64,000 bases of DNA, from assembly GCF_000142905.1 (NCBI RefSeq), contig NW_013657663.1, positions 469,785 through 533,784 on the forward strand, written 5' to 3'. The notes under the pieces are model-generated. The model had not been told where the DNA came from. It saw nothing but the letters and a program-made list of their open reading frames with translations, and made no database searches. Source of the stretch: Thecamonas trahens ATCC 50062 (taxonomy: Eukaryota > Protista > Apusomonadida). Position numbers and translations under genes: made by a program. How positions within the stretch are numbered: the first letter of the stretch is position 1; every line of letters begins with the position of its first letter. Shown piece by piece: positions 36,406 through 47,400 of this stretch.

Positions 36406-37326
36406 TCACGGCGCAGGCGCCATTGCGACCACCAGGTCGTCGCCGTCGTCACTCGAATCAAACGATGACCGCGAAAAGTCGTCCATCGCCACATCATCAG
36501 CCGCCGGCTCGGTGTCACCTTCACCAGAGCCGCCTCTACCGAGCTCACCACGCTCCACAGCCGCATCCGGTCGCGGTGTTGGTGTGGCGGCTGTGCTCTC
36601 TCCGCCGTCGGCTGCTGCGTCGGACGGGCCGGCGGCATCGTCACCAGCGGCAGCGTCCTCGCCGCCGTCACTATTGGCCTCGCCTCCGTCGGCACCGCCA
36701 CGCTGCCGGGGATCGCCCAGCGCCGCCAATGCGGCGGCGCGCCGCTCTTGGTGGTTGGCGACGATGCGGCGAAGGACTTGCTGGCGGTCGCGCTGTTGGG
36801 TGCAGTCCTGGCGGATGGACCGGATGAGGACGGCGGTAAAGACAATGCCGAGAATCCAGTTGATGGGAAAGAGGATGAACGAGAATACATTCCACGTCGA
36901 GTACGTGGGCCGGATCGACGCCGCCTCGACGCTGTTCGGATCAAACCAGCACTCATGGACAGCTTGCGTTCTCAGAGGGACAATGGCTAGGGTCGAGAGC
37001 TCAAACGGTGAGCCGTCGTCGTTGGGAGCACAGCCCCACAGGACCCGGCACAGGCGCTCAAACTCCTTCTTGTCCAAATCCTCCACAGTGTATGAAGTGG
37101 CCACCGTTCTTGCATCAACATTGTACTCCACATTGAGCATGACCGAGTACGTCGGTGATGACAGCGAGTCGTACGGCCTCACCCAACCCTCGCTCACCGA
37201 GCAACTCGTCGGCCTGTACGAGGTGACCTGATAAATGACGTCCACAGAAGTCCAAATGAGGAGAATGGCCACAAGGAGGTTGATAAAGGCCAGATACGCA
37301 AAGGCGAGCTTGGCCATCAGCGACAT
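36406..37326 (-). CDS. Two-TM protein with Cys-containing extracellular loop (KCNMB/TipE-like topology)
   Basis: TM1 LAFAYLAFINLLVAILLIW, loop with PTSCSV...LC...C...ECWFDP, TM2 VFSFILFPINWILGIVFTAVLI, then an acidic tail. Confidence 0.7.
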   Translation of the reverse strand: MSLMAKLAFAYLAFINLLVAILLIWTSVDVIYQVTSYRPTSCSVSEGWVRPYDSLSSPTYSVMLNVEYNVDARTVATSYTVEDLDKKEFERLCRVLWGCAPNDDGSPFELSTLAIVPLRTQAVHECWFDPNSVEAASIRPTYSTWNVFSFILFPINWILGIVFTAVLIRSIRQDCTQQRDRQQVLRRIVANHQERRAAALAALGDPRQRGGADGGEANSDGGEDAAAGDDAAGPSDAAADGGESTAATPTPRPDAAVERGELGRGGSGEGDTEPAADDVAMDDFSRSSFDSSDDGDDLVVAMAPAP

Positions 37327-37762
37327 ACATGATCCAGGATCGTTGACTCCGTTCCCGCCATGTCTCCGGATAACCACTACCTCCGCCATTCCCGCCAGTC
37401 CCGCCAGCCCCCGCCATGCCCGCCAGCCGTCCACCACCGTCCGACATGGCCCATCCCCGCCACCCATACAGCCAAGCCAAAGTCACCGAGCCCAACACGA
37501 GCCAAAGCCACAGTCACAACCACATGTAGTCATACACCATGAGTCTCCCTCTGTCCACTTTCCCGCTCTCTACATGTCGGCATTCCCTTCATTGGGACGT
37601 ACGCATGGTGGTTGTCGGTGTTGCCCGGTGGAGGTGCAGGTGGCAACCGAGTCAAATGTCCGTCACCTCCTCGCCCCGCCCCCCCCCCCCCGCCCCCCCC
37701 CCCCCGACGCTCCACTTATGCTTGCTTTCATATCATACGCATATGGTTGCCTACACATTGTC

Positions 37763-39790
37763 TCAAAACTTGAGCTTGCGCATAAGCCCGGTGAGGTCCT
37801 CTAAGCTCCCACCGTCGGCCTCGTCGTCATCGTCATCGTGGTCGAGATCGTGGTCGTTGCCGCAGTCAGGCTGGCCTGCGGGCGTTCGGCGAGGGCAGTG
37901 AGTTGGCGACGCCGAGCCAGCATCAGAGGACGTCTCAGCGTCGTCGTCCGAGTCTGGACTGATGCTCCGCGGCCTAGAGAGGAGTGGGGTGACGAGATCG
38001 ATGATGGTGGCCTGCGCGGCGTGGAAGACCTCGGTCGGCTCGCGGGCAACCATGGCAAGGTTGTGGAGGAAGCGCTCGAGACCAAGCATGGAGGCAAAAG
38101 TGACGAGGACCTCGTAGGTACCGTCGCTGTTGACGGTCCACTGCGCGACGCGGCGCTTGGTGTTGGGTGTCGCGGGGATGCGTGACCGCGCCTTGGCTCG
38201 TCGCTGCGGCGTTGACCGCAGCGTGCGCGCCGGCGGCGGAGCGGCATCAGAGCCGTCTTCCGCCGCTACACTGGCTGCCGCCGCACTCGCTGCCGCAGCT
38301 ACGGCCGCATTGCCACCATCAAGGCTAAACGAGTCCCACGGCACAAACTTTTTGGAGCGACCGGCCGCGCGGACGAGCGACGGCTCGTCGTCGGTCCGCA
38401 CCAGCAGCGTCGGCCGCCGCCGCGGCGGGATGGCGAGCTCCACCACCGACGAGGCGTCGATAACAAGCTGGAAGCCGTCGCGTCCGAGCCGAGTTCCGAG
38501 CTGGATGTCAAAGGCAAGGTCAAACCGCGGCTCGCGCGACGACTCGGAATGCCGCACCGTGGCCCGAAAGCACTTGCCGGCAGCCTTGGACGGCGAGTCG
38601 ATTCTAGCCTTGGACGCCGAGAGCAGCGTGATCCGCGCCACTGCATAGTGCTGCCGCCGAAAGTGATCGCGAACCGAGGCCGAGATGGCCTCGCGCGCGT
38701 CCGGCCGCGCCTTGACCACCCGCGCCGTCATCGGATCCGCAGCCAGGTCGGCCACGTACGGCGCCAGGACCGGCGAGGCGAGCAGCTCTGCCGCCGACGG
38801 CCGATCCTCAGGCGCTGCTTTCACACAGCGAATGATCAAATCGATGAACGGCTCGTCAAGTTCTGACCGTGCACCGCTCACCAGCAGTGGGCGGAGCGAA
38901 GCAACCGGGTCAAAGCCTGGCCGCAGACCCAGCATGCCGACGTTGGGCGTCATGTCCATTCGCGCCATGTAGAACATCATGACGCCGAGTGCAAAGATAT
39001 CGACAGCAGGAGTAAGCGTAGTTGCGCCGGCCAGTGCCTCGGGCGCAAGGTACGAGAGCGAGCCCGAGGTTGTGTCGACTCGCTCGATGCCGTTGGCATC
39101 GTCGGCCTTATCCCACGCCACCCGCGAAATGCCAAAGTCGCCCAGCTTGAGCACATACCGCTCGGAGCCCGACTCGGCGGCACTCGCTGTGGTCACAAAC
39201 AAGTTCTCCGGCTTGAGGTCGCGGTAGATGAGTGGGCCGGGCGCCTTGGCCTTGCCAGACTTGTTCGGCCGGGGATCGGTAAAGGTCTGCGAGTGCAGAT
39301 GATGGAGAGCCGACGCGATCTGAGCCATCCATCCGCCCAGCTCGGTCTGAGTAAACGGAGCGGCATCGTTGGCCCGAGCGGCAAAGACGTCAAACAAGTC
39401 ACCACCGGAGCACATCTCCATGACCAAGCACACTTCGAGGCCCTTTGCTGTAGGCGAGGGCGGCTCGCGGACAAAGGCATCCTCAAAGGCCACGATATAG
39501 GGCGAGTTGAGCTGGCGGAGGATTTCACACTCAAACAGCGCCTTCCACACCGCCAATTCGGAGCCTGTGGGCATGACCTTCATCGCCAGTAGCGTCTGCG
39601 CGGGCGCGGCCTGCCCGTCGGCGCCGGACGCGCCTCCTTCCTCGCCTGACTTGGCCGTGCCCACCGGCCGCACCGCATACACCCGCCCCTGCCCGCCACC
39701 ACCGAGCTCCCGGATGACCTCATACTCGGTCGTGGCGGTGTAGTTCGCAAATGTTGTCCGTAGGTCGTCTCCACTCACGCTCACAAACAT
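37763..39790 (-). CDS. Ser/Thr protein kinase (NEK-like) with C-terminal extension
   Basis: LGGGGQG, AMK, LVMEMCSGGDL, YRDLKPENL, LKLGDFGISR, YLAPE, DIFALG, RPSA.ELL. Confidence 0.92.
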   Translation of the reverse strand: MFVSVSGDDLRTTFANYTATTEYEVIRELGGGGQGRVYAVRPVGTAKSGEEGGASGADGQAAPAQTLLAMKVMPTGSELAVWKALFECEILRQLNSPYIVAFEDAFVREPPSPTAKGLEVCLVMEMCSGGDLFDVFAARANDAAPFTQTELGGWMAQIASALHHLHSQTFTDPRPNKSGKAKAPGPLIYRDLKPENLFVTTASAAESGSERYVLKLGDFGISRVAWDKADDANGIERVDTTSGSLSYLAPEALAGATTLTPAVDIFALGVMMFYMARMDMTPNVGMLGLRPGFDPVASLRPLLVSGARSELDEPFIDLIIRCVKAAPEDRPSAAELLASPVLAPYVADLAADPMTARVVKARPDAREAISASVRDHFRRQHYAVARITLLSASKARIDSPSKAAGKCFRATVRHSESSREPRFDLAFDIQLGTRLGRDGFQLVIDASSVVELAIPPRRRPTLLVRTDDEPSLVRAAGRSKKFVPWDSFSLDGGNAAVAAAASAAAASVAAEDGSDAAPPPARTLRSTPQRRAKARSRIPATPNTKRRVAQWTVNSDGTYEVLVTFASMLGLERFLHNLAMVAREPTEVFHAAQATIIDLVTPLLSRPRSISPDSDDDAETSSDAGSASPTHCPRRTPAGQPDCGNDHDLDHDDDDDEADGGSLEDLTGLMRKLKF

Positions 39791-39982
39791 CTCTGTCGCC
39801 TAGCCGTGTGCGCAATGCCCCTCACCGCCGTCGGCCTCGCGCGCAAAGTGTCGTTCGCTTTGACGACCTTTTCCTTCAATGTGGCACACCCGGTGGCGAT
39901 CACGATCACGATCACGATCACGCCAGACCTGGCACCCTCTACCACCCACTCCACCCGCACTGGTGACTGTTGGCAAGGAGGC

Positions 39983-41332
39983 ATGGAGTATGCTGGACGT
40001 GTGCGGCGACTCTCTGTCTTTTCCAAACGATCAGCAGGGCTATCTCCGGCTGTATCTGCCCTCGCCCAAGGAGACGGCCGTCGGTTCTCGGTGGCGGCCT
40101 CGGCCGTTGTTCCACGCAGCCGAGTCGGCGGAGCCAGTTCTGGCGGCGAAGGCGATGGGGATGGGGATGGAAGTGGAGGAGGCTTTGACACGTCACATTT
40201 GGACGACTCGTTCTCGTCGCATTTGATGAAGTACACCCTCGATCAGTACGAGGCCAAGCAGGAGCACGAGGCCAAGTCTGTGGTCGAGCGGTACGAGCTG
40301 GAGCGCGAGTCGACGCTGGAGCAGCAGGCCATGGTCGAGGCCTTGGCCAGCGGGGCGGTCGATGGAAAGGAGAGGAGGGCGAGGAAGGACGACGACGAGT
40401 GGGCCGGCGACGACGCGTCTCTTGGCGAGCAAGGGAGGAGGAGCGCCAAGACAAGGCTCACACCGCTTTCCGAGGCGCTTGACGGGCGCGGGCTGTACGG
40501 GCGGTATCCGGTGCGGCACGGGACCGGCGTCCATCGGTACACCAACGGGTCGGTGTATGAGGGCGAGTGGAAGGACGACAAGCGAGATGGCCGCGGGAAG
40601 CTGGTTTCGGCCTCGGGCGAGGTGTACGAGGGCGAGTGGAAGGCCGACAAGCGGCACGGGTTCGGCAAGCATGTGTACGCCGATGGGCGGGCGTATGTCG
40701 GCCCGTGGCGTCGCGGGGCGAGGCACGGGCTTGGAAAGCTTGTCTATGTCGACGGCACGGCTGTCCGCGACCGGTGGGTCTTTGGTAAGCGGCAGTACGA
40801 CGAGAGCGTGATGGGAGAGGACGAGGCAGTGGCGCTCGACAAGCACCACCGGGCGGTGCTGGCGCAAGGCGGGCGGGCGAGCGGGAGCCGGGGCGACGAC
40901 GAGGAAGGGGAGCAGGTTGCTGGCGCAGAGATCCGCGGTGGCCTTTACACCGGGGAGATGCGAAACGGAAAACGGCACGGCTATGGCGAGTGGGTCTCGC
41001 ACTCGCGGCTGACCGGCGAGGTAGAGACGGTGTACCGCGGCGAGTGGGTCAATGACAAGCGCGAGGGCCGTGGGTACTTTCGCGACGCAGCGATCGAGTA
41101 CGACGGCGAGTGGCGGGCCGGCAAGCGGCACGGTAAGGCGCTGGTGACGACGCTCTCGTCTGGCCAGCGGTTCAAGACCGTGTGGCGGGCCGGCAAGCGG
41201 GTGGCGTTCAAGGCATTAGACGCACCAGCGACGCCGGCGAGCAAGCCACGGCACTCGCACGGAACGCGAGTCTTCCGCACCGGCGCTGAGTATGTAGGCG
41301 AGCTGGAGTTGCGGTCGTCGCCGGCGCGGTAG
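39983..41332 (+). CDS. MORN repeat protein
   Basis: Repeated YEGEWKDDKRDGRG / YEGEWKADKRHGFG / YRGEWVNDKREGRG units in two clusters. Confidence 0.9.
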   Translation: MEYAGRVRRLSVFSKRSAGLSPAVSALAQGDGRRFSVAASAVVPRSRVGGASSGGEGDGDGDGSGGGFDTSHLDDSFSSHLMKYTLDQYEAKQEHEAKSVVERYELERESTLEQQAMVEALASGAVDGKERRARKDDDEWAGDDASLGEQGRRSAKTRLTPLSEALDGRGLYGRYPVRHGTGVHRYTNGSVYEGEWKDDKRDGRGKLVSASGEVYEGEWKADKRHGFGKHVYADGRAYVGPWRRGARHGLGKLVYVDGTAVRDRWVFGKRQYDESVMGEDEAVALDKHHRAVLAQGGRASGSRGDDEEGEQVAGAEIRGGLYTGEMRNGKRHGYGEWVSHSRLTGEVETVYRGEWVNDKREGRGYFRDAAIEYDGEWRAGKRHGKALVTTLSSGQRFKTVWRAGKRVAFKALDAPATPASKPRHSHGTRVFRTGAEYVGELELRSSPAR

Positions 41333-41385
41333 GAGAGAGAGAGAGAGAGAGAGTGTGTGTGTGTGTGAGGGGTGTGTCATGTGGT

Positions 41386-42474
41386 TCATTGCTGCGTCTT
41401 GTTGGTGAGGGCCTTGAGCTTGCCCATGAGCACGTCCGGGACGGCCGAGATGTTGATGCCGTTTTCAGCGACAAAGTCTGCGAGCATGAACGAGGCGGCG
41501 AGGAGGCCACCACCGATGCCGCCGACAAGCATGCGCTTGGCGCCTGCGGTGGACTTGTAGATGAGGCCCGAGGCGACGCCGGCGAGGATGCCGTTGTACG
41601 TCGGGTCGATCGGAGTGGTAAAGTTGAGCGAGGCCTCGACAATGTTGTACATGAGGGCGACGGCGGCGAGAGTGTTGGCCATGGGCGGGCCGCGGCGGTT
41701 GACGCCGTTAAGCAGCGAGTTCATGCGGAGCTTGGTCGACGATCCCGGTGCCTGGCGGAGGCCCTCGATGGCGCCCCAGGGCGTGCCCAGCGCCAAGCCG
41801 CCGACCCATGCAAATGCGGTCTGGTGCAGGAGCTTCTTGCCCCACCCGCGCTCGGCCTCGTCGGGGTTGACAAACTCAACCTTACCGGCGCCCATGGGGT
41901 AGAGCGAGGCAAACGGATCGAGGTCGCGGGGATCCAGATCGGTGTACTCACCCATGCCGGCGATCGCCAGCTGCTTGGGCGCAACCTGCGGGAGCGACGA
42001 CGCAGAGTCTGCCCCGTACCCGGCCATGCCCGACGAGCCTGCGCCCGGCGCGTGGTACTCGTACGACGAGCCCTCGTATTGAGAGGTATCGCCAAAGAGA
42101 CCACCACCACCGCCACCAGCAGCCCCCGTCGATCCAGAGCCATAGCCACCGTGGCCAGCCGTGGAACCGTAATCGCCGTATCCGCCACCCGTCGACGAGC
42201 CGTACGAGCCAAAGCCACCGTCGGCACCACCGCCACCGCCATAGCCACCATAGCTTGCACCAGCCGCGCCACCGAAACCACCATCATATCCACTGCCACC
42301 ACTTCCAGCAGCAGTTGAAGAAGATGTTCCATCATATCCGCCATACCCTCCATCATACCCTCCGCTTCCGTATCCGCTCCCGTTGGTCGTCCCGTATCCG
42401 CTCCCGTTGGTCGCCCCGTATCCGCTCCCGTTGGTCGCCCCGTATCCGCTGCTGTTGCTGCTGCCGTAGCTCAT
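41386..42474 (-). CDS. TIM23: Mitochondrial inner membrane translocase Tim23 with long Gly/Tyr/Ser-rich N-terminus
   Basis: RGW..L......W.GGL..G..WG..EGL, KLRMNSLLNGVNRRGP.MAN, ALMYN and AG.ASGLIYKSTAG are Tim23 signatures. Confidence 0.88.
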   Translation of the reverse strand: MSYGSSNSSGYGATNGSGYGATNGSGYGTTNGSGYGSGGYDGGYGGYDGTSSSTAAGSGGSGYDGGFGGAAGASYGGYGGGGGADGGFGSYGSSTGGGYGDYGSTAGHGGYGSGSTGAAGGGGGGLFGDTSQYEGSSYEYHAPGAGSSGMAGYGADSASSLPQVAPKQLAIAGMGEYTDLDPRDLDPFASLYPMGAGKVEFVNPDEAERGWGKKLLHQTAFAWVGGLALGTPWGAIEGLRQAPGSSTKLRMNSLLNGVNRRGPPMANTLAAVALMYNIVEASLNFTTPIDPTYNGILAGVASGLIYKSTAGAKRMLVGGIGGGLLAASFMLADFVAENGINISAVPDVLMGKLKALTNKTQQ

Positions 42475-42986
42475 GGTGAGGCAAGGTAGGTGCTGTCACA
42501 GAGTCTCCCGGGCCTGGTGATACAACAAACAACAACGACAACACACAAGCAAGATAGAACTCCTACGTTCCTCTGCTCAATACGTGTTGGTGTGAGGTGG
42601 TGTGAGGTATTGTTCCTTGCCTGTCCCCCCTCCCCCTTCCCCCCCCCCTGCCCCTCTCGCTCAAACTAGTGTGATGATCCGTCTCGCGAATTGGGTCGTT
42701 TGACGCGTTTGTAACTGCCCAGTCCCACCAGCCCAGTGCCACACGCCCGCTGATACTTTTACAGCAGCTGCAGATGAGAGTGATGGACAGTGGGTGATCA
42801 AAATATGAGTGTGTGTGCGAGAGAGAGAGAGAGAGAGAGCGACAAGGAAAGAGAACCAATCGAGCTACCCCCGCTCGCTGCTTTCCGCAACCCGTTCTTA
42901 TTCGAGTACCACATCCGCGGCAATAGCACAGTGCTGGTGACTGGGCGACGACGATGGCTGGGCAGCCGCTGCTAGTCGTCCCTGTT

Positions 42987-44281
42987 TCAACTTGTGGATC
43001 CTCCAGCAAATGCAGCAAGGGAGTTGGAGAGCATGACAACCCGGACGGCAGCCTTGAGCTTGCGCTTGGCATTCCACTTTGCTAGCTGCTCGGGGAACGT
43101 CTCCAAGACGTCTTGCGAGGCCGAGGTGCCCGAGATCCACGGATGTGCCAGTGCCTGGCGCGCAGTCAGCCGCGCGGCCGGATCAACCACAAGCAAGTGG
43201 TCAATAAGATCCCTGGCAGACGCCGACACGCCGTCCCAGTACGGCGCCGGGTAGTCGTAGCGGCCCTCGAGGATCTGGTCGAACAGGGCAGGCATGTCAT
43301 CCTCGTAAAAAGGCGGAAAGCCGCAGAGCAGAATATACATGATCACCCCACACGCCCACATGTCGACTTCCGAGTCGTACCCGGTTGCGGTCTCCTGCTC
43401 CAGGACCTCGGGCGCCACATAGCCCGGCGTCCCGCACGCTGTCGCCAGAATCACATCCTCATCGAGCATTTTGGAGAGGCCAAAGTCTGCAATCTTCACC
43501 ACCAGCCGCCCGGACTTCTTCTGCTCACACAACAGGTTCTCCGGCTTGAGATCGCGGTGCACAATGTCGTGCTCGTGAAGGTAAGCTACAGCCTCTAGAA
43601 TCTGGGTCATGATCGACGATGCGTCGGCCTCCGAGTACGCTCCATGGTCCACAATCATGTCAAACAGCTCACCTCCCTTGACATACTCCAGCACCATGTC
43701 GAATGACTCATCAGAGTCAAACACATCAAACAGCCGCACCACATTCGGATGGTCGATGGCCTTCATGATCGACACTTCCGACTCGAGTAGGCCGATCGAA
43801 AACTCTTCATCGTTCTTGTCGACATGCTTGATAGCCACCTTTCGTCCCGACTTGCGGTGCTTGGCAAGAAAGACCGTCGAGAACTTGCCCCTGTCCGCCA
43901 ACCCGCCCGTCCGTCGCCCGACCGTCGCCCGTCGCCCGTCCGTCGCCCGTCCGTCGCCCGTCGCGGGTCAACCGCCACAAACCCCCACCGACCCACCGAC
44001 CACCCCAAGCCACCACGTACACCGCCCGCACACCGGCCCACATACCATGGACTCCATAAACATGTTAGTCAATACCACTCCCTCTCTCTCCCCCAACCGT
44101 CCCACCAAGACACCACAGTCGCCCCGAACCCTGCCCCAACGTCCCGCCCTGAGCTTCCTTCGGCAAACAACCGTCTCCCTTCACCCCTTTCCTTCCCTCA
44201 TCCGCTCCGCTCCCCCTCTCCATGTCCTTCGTACTCGCCAACAGGTTTGATGACCTTGTAGTGGTGCTTGAGAGTGGGCAT
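42987..44281 (-). CDS. Ca2+/calmodulin-dependent kinase I-like kinase, intron 43891-44234
   Basis: Exon 1 MPTLKHHYKVIKPVG-GA|GTACGA...GACAG|G completes GEGKFS. Also GGELFD, HRDLKPENLL, DFGLSK, TACGTPGYVAPE, LCGFPPF and the CaM-binding-like WNAKRKLKAAV. Confidence 0.94.
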
Positions 44282-44433
44282 GTTTGCTCGATGGCCAGTC
44301 GACAAGTGCCTCGTCCTGGTTCTGCTTCTCTCTCTGCTCGGCTGCCGAGTCTGCACCGGCGCCCGGCTGGTCTCGAGCTCGGCGCACGCGGCGTTTCCAC
44401 TTTCTGTGTCGGGCTACACCACGCGGAACCGGA

Positions 44434-47400
44434 TCATCTCGACATAGCCGGAAATTTCGGGCTTGGATGAGCCAAAGACTTGCGACGAGGCGTGCCGGGA
44501 GCGCGTCTCGGGGACCGACGCGGGCGGGAGCACGGGGGCAGGCGCATCTGCAGCCGCAGGTGCGGGCGGGTCGAGCGCCGGCGCCAGCAGCGAGTCTTGC
44601 GAAGTGTTGGCGCCTTCGAGGATGGCAAGGCCCATGCGGGGGGCTCGGGCGCACGGGGACTTGGTGAGTCGGCATAGCCGACGAGATCGGCAAAGGCGGC
44701 CCAGACGCAGACGGCAGTACCGGACTGGACGCCGCCGAGCTGTTCCCACGTGGCGTCGGCAATCTGGACGCCGTCAGCACGGCGGAAAAACGGCACGCCG
44801 TCGGCATCGGTAGTCGGTCGCTCGACTGCAAGTCGGATGTCGACCGCAGATGGCAGGCGGAGCTCGAGGTGTACGCCGCCAGAGGCAAACGGCAGCGACT
44901 GGGTCTTGGGCAGATAGAGGAGGCCGCGCTTGGCGTGGAAGAGCTCTGCGAGAATGGGAGGATCGGTGGTGGAGAGGTCGGCCTCGAGAACGGCGTGCAT
45001 CTCGACGTTGTTGCCCTCACACAGCCGGTCAATGATGCGCGCGTCCTCGTTGTCGATGTCTTCCCAGCCGACCCGACCTTCGAGAACCTCGTACGAGACG
45101 AGCTTGGCAAACGTGCATGGCAGCTCGTTTTCGCCGACCTGCGCGGCTGGCACGAGGTATTGGCCCCAGACATGGACCGGGCCTGGATCGGTGAACGCCA
45201 CCGAGCCCGAGAAGATGCCCCCGTCATCGTCGTTGCGTTGGAGCTCAACGCCGTCGGAAAGGAGCCGTGGCTCCGAGGCGGCAACAACGAGGCCAACCGC
45301 GTGCGGGACGCGGATGGAGAACTGGTGTGGGATGAACCGCGAGAGCTCATAGAAGCGCGGGTAGAGGACAACGCCAGACTCGTCCACCATTCGCGGCGAG
45401 CGAAGCGCAAACTGGACAACAGCCTGCGGCGGCGCATCGCAGTTCATGTGGTACGACATGATGGGCTTACGGATTGTCGACCGCTCCTGGCACGTCAGCA
45501 CATCGAGGAGCGAGCGCGAGTCGGCTTGGGCCGTTGCCGCCGGCATCGGCTGCGCCTCGTTGAGCAGGTCTGGCGTGGACGCGGTCGACGCGATCTTGTG
45601 CTCGTCATACACCGAGTTGGCGAGGTACATCTCCTCGTCCAGGCTCCAGGCAAAGATCTTGAGTTGGAAGCGACCGACCCGGGTAAACACACTCACAATG
45701 TTGTGCAGCGTGCCGTCGGTCTGCACCATAGTTGTTGAGCGCCCGTCAAAGGCCGAGAGCAGCGCTCCGTTGCCGTCGCACAGCTCGGCCCGGAGCTGGA
45801 TCCCGGGCGCCGACGAGAGAGCAAGCGATGATACCGTACCCAGCAGATTGCGCTCGTGGTGCCGGACCCGGAAGCCGAGCTTGAAGAACCGCTCGTCGAG
45901 GACGACCTCATCCGAGGCAAAGCCGGCCTGCACGCCACGCTGGATGCGGCGATACTGGTAGCGGAGCTCTAGAAAGACGACCAAACCGATGAAACACACG
46001 TTGGCGGCAATGACAAGGACAACCAGAACGCCCACAAAGGTGGTTCCGGCCTCGTCGCCCGACTTGGACGTGCCGAACAAGATGAGGCCGCAGGCGACAA
46101 CAAAGGCCGAGCAGGCCAGGTGGATGATTTCCAGATTGTTGACACGGGTGGTGAGGTACGGCTTGACCAGGATCTGTGCGATGAGGCCGCCGATGAGCGA
46201 AAACAGGGCGATGAGCGCTTGCGGCAGAACCGAGTTAAAGACAAGAATGCCGACCACAACGCCGAGCTTGCGAGCGAGGATAATAACCTCCCACCCGTAC
46301 CACTGCGGGCGATAGCGGCGGTAGAGGAGGCCAAACTTGACAATAGTAAGCTCTTGGAAGAGAGAGAGGCGGTGCCAGTACAGGATGGTGGAGAAGAGCA
46401 GCGGAATGCCGATGCCGTACAAGACCATGGCGCTGAGACCGACTGCCAGGTACTTGCGCCACTCGCGCGAACCGCAGACGACGTCGGGCGCCTTGACCAT
46501 GGCACCCGAGACGCAATCGAAGACCTCAAAGGTGACCGAGAGCAAGACGAGGTAGCACATCATGAGGACGGTGACAAAAGCATTGATCGAGGCGTTGCGG
46601 AGAAGGACGGCAGTGGCGCGGGTGACGAGCGGGAGCTTGGCCAGCCATGGGTGTTGCACCTCGGAGATCGAGGCGCGAACTCGCTTGTAGAGAGTGAGGC
46701 AAATGAGAAAGCCGCCAAACAGGACCAGAAACATGAACGGGATCGAGAGCTTGAAGAGCCAGATGGGAAAGTAGTCGACGGCACCGCCGGCAAAGGCGCA
46801 TTCGGGCTGAAAGACGTTGATGTTGAAGGCAAAGACCGAGAGCGCGCGAAAAGTGGCCTGCACAAAGCCGGGCCACTTGAGGTCAAACTCGCCGATGATG
46901 GCGAGGACCTGCACAAAGTTGAAGCCGACAGCCATGCCGGTAAAGTAGGCGGCCGACTTGCGGGCGAGCTTGACAAGAAGCACCGCGAGTGCAACCATGA
47001 GCAGAAAGAGAACGGTGAGGAGGATCGGCGCCGTCGACGGGCATGGCTCGCACAGGCCCTTGTCCTTGTAGAACCCGGGGACGCAGTCGGAGCAGAGGAA
47101 GCCGATCGAGCCCGCGCGGCAGTTGCCGCCGCGGACGCAGACCGCCGGCGGGCGGCACGGCACAAAGTTGGTTGAGTTGGCCTTGTCATCGCCGTAGCCA
47201 AAGCCGTTGTCGGGGACCGGAACTGTCAGGCCTCCGGCGCAGTACCCGCCGACCGGGCAAGGGTCGCACGGATCGGCCACGGCCTGGTATGTGTAGAACG
47301 TGCCCTCGCGGCACGACTCGCACCCATCGGTGATGTTGACGAAAAAGCCCGAGGGGCAGATGCAAGTGCCGTCGTCGTTCGTCGGCGTCCGCCCGTTGTC

